64,000 nt of DNA from a virus (lineage: Duplodnaviria > Caudoviricetes): IMG/VR virus record IMGVR_UViG_2531839534_000003. One strand, written 5' to 3'. Shown one piece after another: positions 55,076 through 64,000 of this stretch. Each line of letters starts with the position of its first letter. Position 1 is the first letter of the stretch. A program made the translations under genes and the position numbers. Below the pieces are notes generated by a model. It searched no databases, was not told the origin of the DNA, and saw only the letters and a program-made list of their open reading frames with translations.

Positions 55076-58000
55076 ATGGAAGATCAGAATATATTGAGTC
55101 CAGAAGCTAGAAAACAATTCAGAAAAGAACGTGTTGAAAAGGCTAGAACAAGGTCCATTTTAGATGTTGCTGAAGCTTTAAAAATGGAACTAGTTAAATC
55201 TGGAAATGATTATCGTTGGAAAGAACATAATAGTCTAGTGATTACACCAAATAAAAATGTTTGGAAATGGTTTTCTCGTGACCAAGGTGGGGATGCTATT
55301 GCATTGGTTGAAATGATAAAAGAGGTCAATTTCAATCAGGCTGTAGACTTTTTAAATGATGGAACTTTTCAGGAATTTATTGGTAATAATGAAATAATCG
55401 AAAACTTTAGTTACTATTTAAAGCCTTATGAACAAGAGTTTCTTGAAGGAAGAGATTATCTAAAGAATCAACGTAACTTATCAGATGAAACGATATCTTT
55501 CTTTCATGATCAGGGAGTTTTAGCACAAGCAAATGCTAAGTTGAATAATAGTATTGAACCGGTTATTGTCTTTAAGACCTTATCTTCTTCAGGCGAGGTG
55601 GTCGGAGCAACACTTCAGGGAATCAATGAGAATAGAGAAAAATGGCCAGAACGTGGCTATGCAAAGTCTATTATTCGTAATTCTGAAGCTTATAATGGAA
55701 TGCACGTTGATATTGGTAAACCGAATCGATTAGTCTTTACAGAAAGCCCTATCGATTTAATGTCTTATTATGAAGTACATCAGAATGAGCTAAATGATGT
55801 GCGATTAGTTTCAATGAATGGTTTAAAAGAGTCGACTGTAGGACGTCATTTATCAGAATTAGAAGCAGAACTCTCTAATAGACCTTTAAATTGGTCAACT
55901 GAAGAACTTGGAAAAGGTTTAGATATTGCTTTAGAGAAAGGTTATTTTAACAATATTCAAAACGAAGGGAAAATTACCTTTGCGATTGATAATGATGGAG
56001 CAGGTATTGAATTCTTAAATAAGATGAAAGCTAAAGGGATTATCTTTATAGAGGATTTACCTCCCCTGCAACCAGGACAAAGTAAAACGGATTGGAATGA
56101 TTATTTAAGAACAAGTAGACAAAAAAAAGCACCTGAAATTCAGGCACAAAAAAAAGAGAGGACCAATGGTAGTTCGGGGTCTTTACAGGACAATCCTGAA
56201 GGCAGTCCCACACCTGCTTCACAAAGTGAAACCTTTGAACGCTCTGTTACCAGTCGTCCTACACTATCCTCTCATTTACTTCATTTTAGCATAAGAGAGG
56301 ACTTCAAGTCAAGTGGACGTGGTTCTTATAGGTATATTTCTCCAGCTGATTTAGATAAATTAAATAGACGGAGTGCGATTATTCAAGAAGGAGCTAATTT
56401 CTATTTGAAAGAACTGGCAAATTCAACTATAAGTTATATAACTTCTGAAGGGAAAATTGTTCAAGTACAATTCAAAGAAGAAAATTTTATGCATTTAACA
56501 GGGATAAAACCGTTAGGACATAATCAAACTGCGGAAAAAACATTACATGACTTTGCGAAAGGTAATGGTAATTTTGATAATATTATGCTTTCTCGAGGAG
56601 ATGGTGCGTTTTCAAAACTTAATGTTTTACCTGATTTGCCAGTAACCCTTAGTTTAGATGCTTTCTATTTTGATAATCTTAATGACATTAATCGTTATTC
56701 AGGACGGTTTGATAGCTTAATCAAGTCCGATGATAAAGATATTATGTTACTCTTTAGGGCTACTGAAAAAGATGGAATACTTCCAGTTTCTGTATGGGAA
56801 GCTAGAGAGATACATATAAATGAGCTTAATCAAGCTAAAAAAAATGAAATCATTGCTATTTATCGAGAACGTGAGGGACGATTAGAACAAATTGCAATTA
56901 ATGACTATTTCATACAAGACCAAGGAAAAGAACTACAAACAATCTTAGCTGAAAAACAATTTAACAATATTAATGCAACTGATAAAACAGAAAGCTTTAC
57001 AGCTATCAATGATTATCATGTAAAAGTTAGTCAAGCTCAAAAACTTGGAGTAAGACAATTTGAGAGTGGAGAAAGCATTTCATATCAAGAATTTGTTTCA
57101 AGTTTATATAAAATAAATCAAGAAAATGATAATGAGCATTTAAGGATAAGTTTCAATATTTATGATCCTGATGGTCAACTGATTAAAGACAACGTTAATT
57201 ATATTGTCGGCGAGGAGACAGAACCAGTTTCCAGACTATTAGGACTTGGTTTCGCTCGTCTAAAAGGACAACCAGAGCTTGCTGAAATTGATGAAAAAGT
57301 CTTATCACAACTAGAGGAATTAAAAGTCAATGAAGAACTGTCACTTGAAGCAAATGAATTATCAAAGAGGCAGTTAATTGCTGAAGAAGATAATTCAACT
57401 AGTGACATTAATCATTCATATAAGACAGCTAAACAGTCAGTTAAGGAGAGTCTAGCTCAAAAAGTAGAACAGATTGTAGAAAGGGAGAGTCAATCACAAG
57501 CTATTGAAGAATCACCTTTTGACTATAATACTGCTAGTGCTTACGATTTATCAGAAAAAGCACTTCAAAATATTAGAGATTTTACAGAGTCCCCTGAAAA
57601 ACTGGAAGAATATCTAAATTTCATGAGTCAGTTTCCTAAACTATCACCTCGAAATGTCGCACTTGTTCAGGCTCAATGGCCTGGCGCAAATGCTGTGGCA
57701 ACTTTTAATCAATGGAAGGAAATTGGAGATCAATTAGGTATCACATCAGATGATGTGACTATTTCAAAAAACACTTATACCAATAAAAAAACGGGTAAGA
57801 CTAAAGAAGTTATCAATGATAGTCTGTCAGTTGCTGCTGGAGAAAAATCAAGAATTCGGTTATTTAGACCCCAAATGGTAAAAATGATTCCAGTCCTTGA
57901 TAATGACGGAAATCAGTTGATAAATAGTAAAGGAAATCCAAAATTTAAACCACTTTCTGAGGCTACATCTGAAGAAAAAGAAAAAATCACCAATGGGGAG

Positions 58001-58678
58001 TTGCAGGTTAGACAATTTCAAGATAGAGATCTTAAAACTGGCCAAGGCAAGTTTACAACTTATAAAGTATTTGAACTCTCTCAAACTAATTTGAAACATG
58101 AAAGTTATCCTAAAGCAATGCCTAATAGACAATTTGACTTTAATATAGATAAGATAAAAGCTAAGAAAGTTTTTGACGGGCTCAGTCACTATGCTAAACA
58201 ATTAGGAGTTCCTATGGAATTAGACCACACAAACTCTTTAGGAAATGCAAAAGGTGCCTTTTCTCCAGCTGAACAACGTATTTTATTAAATTCTAAAAAT
58301 ACTCCTGGAGAACAAATTGCAACTGCTATTCATGAATTAGCTCACGCCTCCTTACATAATCCAAAGTTTATTAAGGGGAGTCAGTTGTTGCTAACTTCTA
58401 CTAAAGAATTTGAAGCCGAAATGTCTAGTTACCTAGTATCAAAACATTTTGGTTTAGATACATCAAAGGAAGCTATTTCTTATATGGCTAATTGGACTAA
58501 TAACCTCAAAAAATTGGATGACAAAGAACTTCAAAATGCAATGAAACGAGTTCATAAAACTGTTTCAACAATAGTAACTAGTGTTGAAAAGAAAGCTTTA
58601 CCAATAAAGTCTCCTAACTTGAAACAGAAAAAATCCGTAAATTTTTCTCAGCCTCTGAAGAGAGGTATTAAACTATAA
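55076..58678 (+). CDS. Polyvalent protein: CHC2/DUF3991-Toprim + PBECR4-like RNase fold + ArdC-like + zincin (MPTase)
   Basis: VFTESPIDLMSY/FAIDNDGAG/KTDWND; QFKEENFMHLTGIK; LSPRNVALVQAQWP..VATFNQWK; AIHELAHASLH...EFEAE. Confidence 0.8.
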   Translation: MEDQNILSPEARKQFRKERVEKARTRSILDVAEALKMELVKSGNDYRWKEHNSLVITPNKNVWKWFSRDQGGDAIALVEMIKEVNFNQAVDFLNDGTFQEFIGNNEIIENFSYYLKPYEQEFLEGRDYLKNQRNLSDETISFFHDQGVLAQANAKLNNSIEPVIVFKTLSSSGEVVGATLQGINENREKWPERGYAKSIIRNSEAYNGMHVDIGKPNRLVFTESPIDLMSYYEVHQNELNDVRLVSMNGLKESTVGRHLSELEAELSNRPLNWSTEELGKGLDIALEKGYFNNIQNEGKITFAIDNDGAGIEFLNKMKAKGIIFIEDLPPLQPGQSKTDWNDYLRTSRQKKAPEIQAQKKERTNGSSGSLQDNPEGSPTPASQSETFERSVTSRPTLSSHLLHFSIREDFKSSGRGSYRYISPADLDKLNRRSAIIQEGANFYLKELANSTISYITSEGKIVQVQFKEENFMHLTGIKPLGHNQTAEKTLHDFAKGNGNFDNIMLSRGDGAFSKLNVLPDLPVTLSLDAFYFDNLNDINRYSGRFDSLIKSDDKDIMLLFRATEKDGILPVSVWEAREIHINELNQAKKNEIIAIYREREGRLEQIAINDYFIQDQGKELQTILAEKQFNNINATDKTESFTAINDYHVKVSQAQKLGVRQFESGESISYQEFVSSLYKINQENDNEHLRISFNIYDPDGQLIKDNVNYIVGEETEPVSRLLGLGFARLKGQPELAEIDEKVLSQLEELKVNEELSLEANELSKRQLIAEEDNSTSDINHSYKTAKQSVKESLAQKVEQIVERESQSQAIEESPFDYNTASAYDLSEKALQNIRDFTESPEKLEEYLNFMSQFPKLSPRNVALVQAQWPGANAVATFNQWKEIGDQLGITSDDVTISKNTYTNKKTGKTKEVINDSLSVAAGEKSRIRLFRPQMVKMIPVLDNDGNQLINSKGNPKFKPLSEATSEEKEKITNGELQVRQFQDRDLKTGQGKFTTYKVFELSQTNLKHESYPKAMPNRQFDFNIDKIKAKKVFDGLSHYAKQLGVPMELDHTNSLGNAKGAFSPAEQRILLNSKNTPGEQIATAIHELAHASLHNPKFIKGSQLLLTSTKEFEAEMSSYLVSKHFGLDTSKEAISYMANWTNNLKKLDDKELQNAMKRVHKTVSTIVTSVEKKALPIKSPNLKQKKSVNFSQPLKRGIKL

Positions 58679-58775
58679 CGAAAAGGTCCATTCATTTATG
58701 AATGGGCCTTTCCCTTTAATGCAGTGATTAAATTTATTGATTAGACTACTAACAATAGTAAATAAGGAGAATATT

Positions 58776-60530
58776 ATGTTAACAGTTATTTTAGCAGAAA
58801 AAGATCAACAAGCTCAAGACTACGCTGAAGCTCTTGGTCAGTACGTGTGTAAGGATAAAGTCTTTATTGTTGAGCAAACAGATTATTTCGAAGGTCCAGT
58901 TCATATTGTAGCTTCTGAAGGTCATTTATTTGAGTATGAAGCTCCTCAGGATAATTGGAGTCTAGATAGTTTGCCACTTTTAGATGTATCTTTTAAACAA
59001 CATCTGAAAGAAGATAAAAAATCAAAAGAATATTTCAATCGTATTTATAAGGAAGTTATTAAGTGTGATCGTATCGTTATTGGTACTGATTCAGATCGTG
59101 AAGGAGAACGTATTGCTTATTCCATACTTTCGCATATTCCTAACGCAAAAAATAAAATAACAAATCGCTTATGGGTATCGTCTCTCAGCAAGAAAGGTTT
59201 AGAACAAGCTTTTAAAAACTTAAGGGATCCTCAAGAAACCTATGATTACTACTTAGAAGCTGAAGCACGTGCTCAAAGTGATTGGCTTGTAGGAATGAAT
59301 CTATCACCCTATACAACATTAGAATTACAAAGACAAGGCAAATTACCAAGAAAAAAAGGTAATACGTTATCAGTAGGTCGTGTTCAAACGAGTATTGTAC
59401 GTCTGATTTGTGAAAATGATGTTGCAATTAATAATTTTGAATCCACACTATTTTATAAAATCAAATTGGAAGATCAAAATACAAATATTATTTTTTCAAA
59501 CACTGAAAAGATTGAAAGTAGTGAAGAAGCCTTAACGATATCAAGAGAATTCCAGAGAATATCACTGGTTTCTAAAGTTGAAAAAACAATCAAACAAACA
59601 CCATCTCCAAAATTATTTAATTTGGCTCAAATACAGTCATTTGCTTCTAGTCGATGGAAGTTCTCAGCTGAAAAAACTTTGAATCTAATTGAGGCTTTAT
59701 ATTTAAAAAAATACATTACCTATCCCAGAACGGATTGTAATCATATAACAGAACACGAGTTTAACTATTTGAAGGATAACCTGGCCCGTTATCAACATAC
59801 TATTAATTGTCACTTTTCTCCTTACTACTTAGAGCCTAGAGAAAATTATGTTGATGGAGAAATAGTAGCTAAATTAAGCCACTATGCTTTAGTACCTACA
59901 GAAAACATTCCAAATCTCTTAAGTTTATCCTCAGATGAACGCCTTATCTATGAAGCAATTACCAGGAGAACACTTCTTATGTTTGCGGAAGATTGCAGTT
60001 ACCATTTAACAACTGTTTCAGTTGCCAATAACGGTTTAGTTTTTAAAACCACTGGTAGACAAATGATTACTAAAGGATGGACTGAATTATCAAATCAACC
60101 ACTAAAAAAAGATGTTATCTTACCAGATTATAAAGTTGATGACGAAATAGTGAGTAGAGTAACTATTGAAGAAGGACAAACACAAGCTCCTAAACGCATA
60201 ACTGAAGATCAGCTTATTGGAACGATTTTACCAAAATATGGACTTGGAACATCGGCTACTAGAGCAGAAATGTTAAACACAATTCAAAAGAAAGAATATG
60301 TGGTTAAAGATACAAAAACGTCACAATTTACGCCAACAAATAAAGCTTACTTATTAATTGATTTCTTATATGATAATGAATTTTCAAATCCTGAAACGAC
60401 AGCGGGTTGGGAGTTGTTCCTCAGCCAAATTGGAGAAGGGAAAATTAATCCAAGAGAGTTTGTTGATGCCATCAAGGAGAAGATTCAATCCCAAATGAAT
60501 TTAAAAAAGAATGGAGAAATAAGTGACTAA
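58776..60530 (+). CDS. topB: Type IA DNA topoisomerase (TopB-like)
   Basis: ILAEK, GHL, GTDSDREGE, SVGRVQT, YITYPRTD, LGTSATR. Confidence 0.93.
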   Translation: MLTVILAEKDQQAQDYAEALGQYVCKDKVFIVEQTDYFEGPVHIVASEGHLFEYEAPQDNWSLDSLPLLDVSFKQHLKEDKKSKEYFNRIYKEVIKCDRIVIGTDSDREGERIAYSILSHIPNAKNKITNRLWVSSLSKKGLEQAFKNLRDPQETYDYYLEAEARAQSDWLVGMNLSPYTTLELQRQGKLPRKKGNTLSVGRVQTSIVRLICENDVAINNFESTLFYKIKLEDQNTNIIFSNTEKIESSEEALTISREFQRISLVSKVEKTIKQTPSPKLFNLAQIQSFASSRWKFSAEKTLNLIEALYLKKYITYPRTDCNHITEHEFNYLKDNLARYQHTINCHFSPYYLEPRENYVDGEIVAKLSHYALVPTENIPNLLSLSSDERLIYEAITRRTLLMFAEDCSYHLTTVSVANNGLVFKTTGRQMITKGWTELSNQPLKKDVILPDYKVDDEIVSRVTIEEGQTQAPKRITEDQLIGTILPKYGLGTSATRAEMLNTIQKKEYVVKDTKTSQFTPTNKAYLLIDFLYDNEFSNPETTAGWELFLSQIGEGKINPREFVDAIKEKIQSQMNLKKNGEISD

Positions 60531-62367
60531 AGAAAATAGCAATACCCCGATGTTAGATCGCTATACGGATAATCTTTCTGCTGATGTTTCTTTAAGACCA
60601 GAAGACTTTCATGTATATGGTAGAGATAAAGAAATACAAATGGTTATTCGGTCTTTGAAACGTAGATCTAAGAATAATCCAGTTTTAGTCGGTGAGCCTG
60701 GAGTAGGTAAGACGGCAATAGTTGAAGGGATAGCTTTAGCAATCATACGTGATGAAGTACCTGCCCATCTAAAAGGTATGACAGTTAGATCTCTTGAATT
60801 ATCTAGTTTAATGAATAATGAAGAGGGTGGTAATTTCATTACTAAGTTTAAGGGAATCATCGAGGAGATGGTTGCTACTAGTGATGAGAATCTCTTATTT
60901 ATAGATGAGTTTCACACCATTATGGGTGCTGGTAAAGATGGACAATCATTAGATGCAGGAAATATTATTAAGTCGGTTTTAGCTCGAGGCAAACTAAAAA
61001 TTATTGGAGCAACAACTTTAGATGAATACCATGAATTTATCGAGGAGGATAGGGCTCTTGAACGTCGAACACAACCGATTATGATTAATGAGCCAAGTGC
61101 TAAAGAAGCCTTTCAAATCATTTCACAAGCTAAGTCTGTCTATGAAACGTTTCATCAGGTGACTATTTCTGATATCGCTGTTGAGCAAGCTATTCAACTT
61201 TCAGTACGATATGTTCCTGATCGATTCTTGCCAGATAAAGCATTTGATCTATTAGATGAAGCAGCAGCTTATTGTTCAAGTGAAGGTAAAAAGATTGTTA
61301 CTGAAGTAGAAATTGCTGAAATACTGAAGTTAAAAACCGGCATTCCTATTTCAACTATTTTAAAAGATGATAGCTTTCGTTTATCTGAACTAAGAAGTCG
61401 TTTGAAAGAAAAAATTAAAGGACAAGACCAAGCAATTGATGCTGTTGTTGATGCAATAGCCATTTCAAAAGCAGGTTTACAGGATGAAGATAAGCCAATT
61501 AGTTCATTCCTCTTTCTTGGGCCAACAGGTGTAGGAAAGACCGAATTGGCTAACACCCTTGCGACAGCTTTGTTTGATGATCCTGAAGCTTTACTTCGAT
61601 TTGATATGTCTGAGTATTCACAAAAAGAAGATGTCAGTCGTATGATTGGGGATCGAAAATCGAAATCTAAAGGGGCTTTAACCGAAGGTGTAAAGAGAAA
61701 ACCTTATTCTATTCTCTTAATCGATGAAATCGAAAAAGGGGTTCAAGAGGTTCACGATCTTCTACTTCAAGTTTTGGATGCAGGTCACCTCACAGATGCT
61801 ACTGGGAGAAAGATTAGCTTTAAAAATGTCATTGTCATTATGACTACAAATATAGGCGCCCAAAAGATAATCAATAAAGCTGAAATGAGAGGAAATATTA
61901 AAGACCTGACAGATAGAGATAGACAACAATTTGAAGCTAGTATGGATATAGAACTTCAAACAGAATTTAGACCCGAATTTCTAAATAGAATTGAAAATCA
62001 GGTTGTCTTTAATCTTTTAGATAGAGAAACAATCGGAGAAATAGCAGTAAGTAAGTTAGCAGAGTTTGAAAGCAAGTTAAATCAACAAGATATTGAACTC
62101 AGCTATGATCCTGAAGTGATTGACTATTTGATTGCTAACGGAACTAATGTCAAAAAGGGTGCAAGGCCATTGACACGTTTAATTAAGAAGAAAATTATCG
62201 CACCAATATCCTTTAAATTACTGACATTAAAACTAAATCATGAACCTCAGTTATTAAAAATTTCAGTTGAGGGGAATGCACCTGATGAAAATCATCGCAT
62301 CGATAGGAGAAAATTACTTTTTCAGTTAGAAGAAAAAACTCATTTTAGAAGTGAGCTTACCCCTTAA
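60523..62367 (+). CDS. ClpA/ClpB-like double AAA+ ATPase lacking the N-terminal domain
   Basis: KNNPVLVGEPGVGKT, LFIDEFH, GATTLDEY; FLGPTGVGKT, LIDEIEK, FRPEFLNR. Confidence 0.92.
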   Translation: MTKENSNTPMLDRYTDNLSADVSLRPEDFHVYGRDKEIQMVIRSLKRRSKNNPVLVGEPGVGKTAIVEGIALAIIRDEVPAHLKGMTVRSLELSSLMNNEEGGNFITKFKGIIEEMVATSDENLLFIDEFHTIMGAGKDGQSLDAGNIIKSVLARGKLKIIGATTLDEYHEFIEEDRALERRTQPIMINEPSAKEAFQIISQAKSVYETFHQVTISDIAVEQAIQLSVRYVPDRFLPDKAFDLLDEAAAYCSSEGKKIVTEVEIAEILKLKTGIPISTILKDDSFRLSELRSRLKEKIKGQDQAIDAVVDAIAISKAGLQDEDKPISSFLFLGPTGVGKTELANTLATALFDDPEALLRFDMSEYSQKEDVSRMIGDRKSKSKGALTEGVKRKPYSILLIDEIEKGVQEVHDLLLQVLDAGHLTDATGRKISFKNVIVIMTTNIGAQKIINKAEMRGNIKDLTDRDRQQFEASMDIELQTEFRPEFLNRIENQVVFNLLDRETIGEIAVSKLAEFESKLNQQDIELSYDPEVIDYLIANGTNVKKGARPLTRLIKKKIIAPISFKLLTLKLNHEPQLLKISVEGNAPDENHRIDRRKLLFQLEEKTHFRSELTP

Positions 62368-62427
62368 AGCTTATTTGTGTGTTATCTCTTACACTTAAAT
62401 AGTCAGATCAGTTCAAAGGAGGACAAA

Positions 62428-62778
62428 ATGAAAAAATATTTGGCAAAACAATTATTATTTGTGAGGAGTAAATCAAAACACTTTTTACTATCTCTTTCTC
62501 TATTTTTAGCAACGTTACAAACCCATGCGGTTTTCGCGGATGATCCATTTGCTAAAACAGAAAACTTAGCTAATCAAGGTATTTCAAAAGTACAAGGAAT
62601 TGGAATTGTTTGTTTTGGATTTGCTGCTGTAGTTACGGGGCTTGTCTATGGTTTTGGAGGACGTGAATTAAAAGCAAAAATTAAATCTCATTGGCTAGCA
62701 ATTGCTATAGCGATATTTGCTGTTTCAGCAGGACCAAGTATTGTTGAATGGTTTTTCAATTTTGTTAAAGGAGGATAA
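62428..62778 (+). CDS. VirB2/TrbC-like pilin precursor
   Basis: Signal peptide ending AVFA-D followed by two TM helices. Confidence 0.65.
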   Translation: MKKYLAKQLLFVRSKSKHFLLSLSLFLATLQTHAVFADDPFAKTENLANQGISKVQGIGIVCFGFAAVVTGLVYGFGGRELKAKIKSHWLAIAIAIFAVSAGPSIVEWFFNFVKGG

Positions 62779-62790
62779 AGATAAGACACT

Positions 62791-63885
62791 ATGATTTTAT
62801 TAAAGAAAAATCCAAGGTGTCTCATTACAGATGAACTATTTTTAGAAGTTGAATGGCAAGATGATATATCACCTATGAATGATCCATCATTATTTGAACT
62901 TATAGAAACAATTGATGATCATTTATTAAGAGAAAGTCATCAAACCATTGAGGCTACTCTTCCCTATTTATCTTTTTATCAAGCTGATTTGTTATTTTCA
63001 GCTCTCTCACAATCATACGGCTATTTTACATTTAAGAAAGTTAGCTTGTGTCATTTGGATAATAAAGGTAAAGGAGCAAGTTCAGAGGGGGAACTCTTTG
63101 CTTCTCCATATGTTGTTCCGGCAAATTATACTAATTTGTTAGAACCATTTTTTATAGCTATTACATTAGACAAACAGTTTAGCGATTTTTCTTATAACGA
63201 AAAAAGAGAATATTTTGTTGTAACGGTATTTCCGACTTATAAACGAAGCCTAAAGTTATCAGAAAGTGCTATGCCAGTCTTTCCAAGTGAAAGTGACTTA
63301 GCCAAAATAGCACACGAAGCAAAGGATTACAATCAGACATCATCTGTAAAGACACCAAATAATACTAAAGCTGATTCAAGAAAATCTAATCAAAATTCAT
63401 TGAAAATATGGTTAATTTTAGTGCTTATATCAAGTTTAGCGATTGTATCATTCTTTTTAAGTTTTTCTCTAATGGGTAGAACAAATGAAGCTAACAAAAA
63501 AGTTACTTACCTTAATGGAGAAATCCAAGTGTTAAAAGATAGCCAAAAAATAGAACATCAGATAGATGTTTTCAGCCGTTATTTTATTCCGGTTTATTTT
63601 TCGGGTGATAAGCAACGCTTGTTAAATTTTCTTGATGATGGAGATGCTAAGTACACAGAGCCCAAGAAAGAAGTTGTTCAATCAGTTATTTTAGAAAAAG
63701 TTTCAAAAAACAAAAGTAAAACTTTTAATGTTGTATATGTTTTATCCCTTAAAAACAAAGATGATACATATAGACAAATAAGAATATCATTTAATGTTAA
63801 AAAGTCAAAGGTAAAACCATATGGTTTTGTTCTAATTAGTGAGCCAGAAATAACAGATTATTTTAAAGATCTCAATAATAAATAA
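62791..63885 (+). CDS. Conjugation protein with central TM and VirB8/TcpC-like C-terminus
   Basis: IDVFSRYFIPVYFSG...VVYVL..; position after pilin. Confidence 0.55.
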   Translation: MILLKKNPRCLITDELFLEVEWQDDISPMNDPSLFELIETIDDHLLRESHQTIEATLPYLSFYQADLLFSALSQSYGYFTFKKVSLCHLDNKGKGASSEGELFASPYVVPANYTNLLEPFFIAITLDKQFSDFSYNEKREYFVVTVFPTYKRSLKLSESAMPVFPSESDLAKIAHEAKDYNQTSSVKTPNNTKADSRKSNQNSLKIWLILVLISSLAIVSFFLSFSLMGRTNEANKKVTYLNGEIQVLKDSQKIEHQIDVFSRYFIPVYFSGDKQRLLNFLDDGDAKYTEPKKEVVQSVILEKVSKNKSKTFNVVYVLSLKNKDDTYRQIRISFNVKKSKVKPYGFVLISEPEITDYFKDLNNK

Positions 63886-63926
63886 ATGTGATATCCCAAA
63901 ATATCGCAACAAGGAGAATAAATTAA

Positions 63927-64000
63927 ATGGATCAAGCAAAAATTATTATAGGTTTAGCAGTCGCTACTCTATCAACAGGTGCCGGAATTGTACACGCTGA
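63927..64000 (+). CDS. Secreted protein, 5' part only
   Basis: AAGGAG RBS; signal peptide ending GIVHA; runs off the window. Confidence 0.55.
   Translation, partial: MDQAKIIIGLAVATLSTGAGIVHA

Larger units (their letters stand above)
41990..64000 (+). mobile_element. Conjugative element (ICE or integrated plasmid; TnGBS-like organisation), partial
   Basis: Rep + origin, oriT, RHH auxiliaries, MOBL relaxase, Toprim polyvalent protein, TopB, Clp ATPase, VirB2-like gene; recombinase not in window; left end approximate. Confidence 0.85.

Noticed and set aside
56160-56270. GC-richer Ser/Pro-rich patch in the polyvalent gene as a possible insertion
   Set aside because: In frame and consistent with an interdomain linker
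1-64000. rRNA, CRISPR arrays, IS transposases, antibiotic-resistance genes, superantigens, group I/II introns
   Set aside because: None recognisable in the sequence or ORF track; terL and lysin are uninterrupted

Overview
Low-GC Firmicute DNA, most likely a pyogenic-group Streptococcus (inferred from protein style; species not determinable here). There are three blocks. (1) 1-830: a host TIM-barrel gene and tRNA-Arg(CCT). (2) ~770-41960: an apparently complete cos-type, Sfi21-like temperate siphophage integrated at the tRNA 3' end, with integrase, CI/Cro switch, RepA_N-DnaD/DnaC replication, Erf/SSB/RusA, ArpU, HNH-terminase-portal-ClpP-HK97 capsid, tail, TMP, Dit, Tal, RBP, holin and GH25 lysin. 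It carries a dense set of accessory loci: a DUF6978-like/DUF1828-1829-like gene pair, a promoter-defined ~85-nt RNA with two covarying CUAGC-loop hairpins, a HEXXH peptidase with a convergent 56-aa basic protein, an ART-fold (DUF2441-like) gene, HicAB, a non-canonical tRNA-Lys(UUU) preceded by a pseudoknot and hairpins, a D-arm-less tRNA-like element, a type I toxin-antitoxin locus, and CsbD. (3) ~41990-64000, running off the window: a conjugative element with a PriCT-type (pAMbeta1-like) Rep and origin, oriT, RHH auxiliary proteins, MOBL-type relaxase, a polyvalent Toprim/PBECR4/ArdC/MPTase protein, TopB, a ClpA/B-like ATPase and the first T4SS genes (TnGBS-like organisation). The expected attR duplication of the tRNA 3' end is not visible between blocks 2 and 3. 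All family assignments are from motif recognition by eye; no database searches or folding programs were run.
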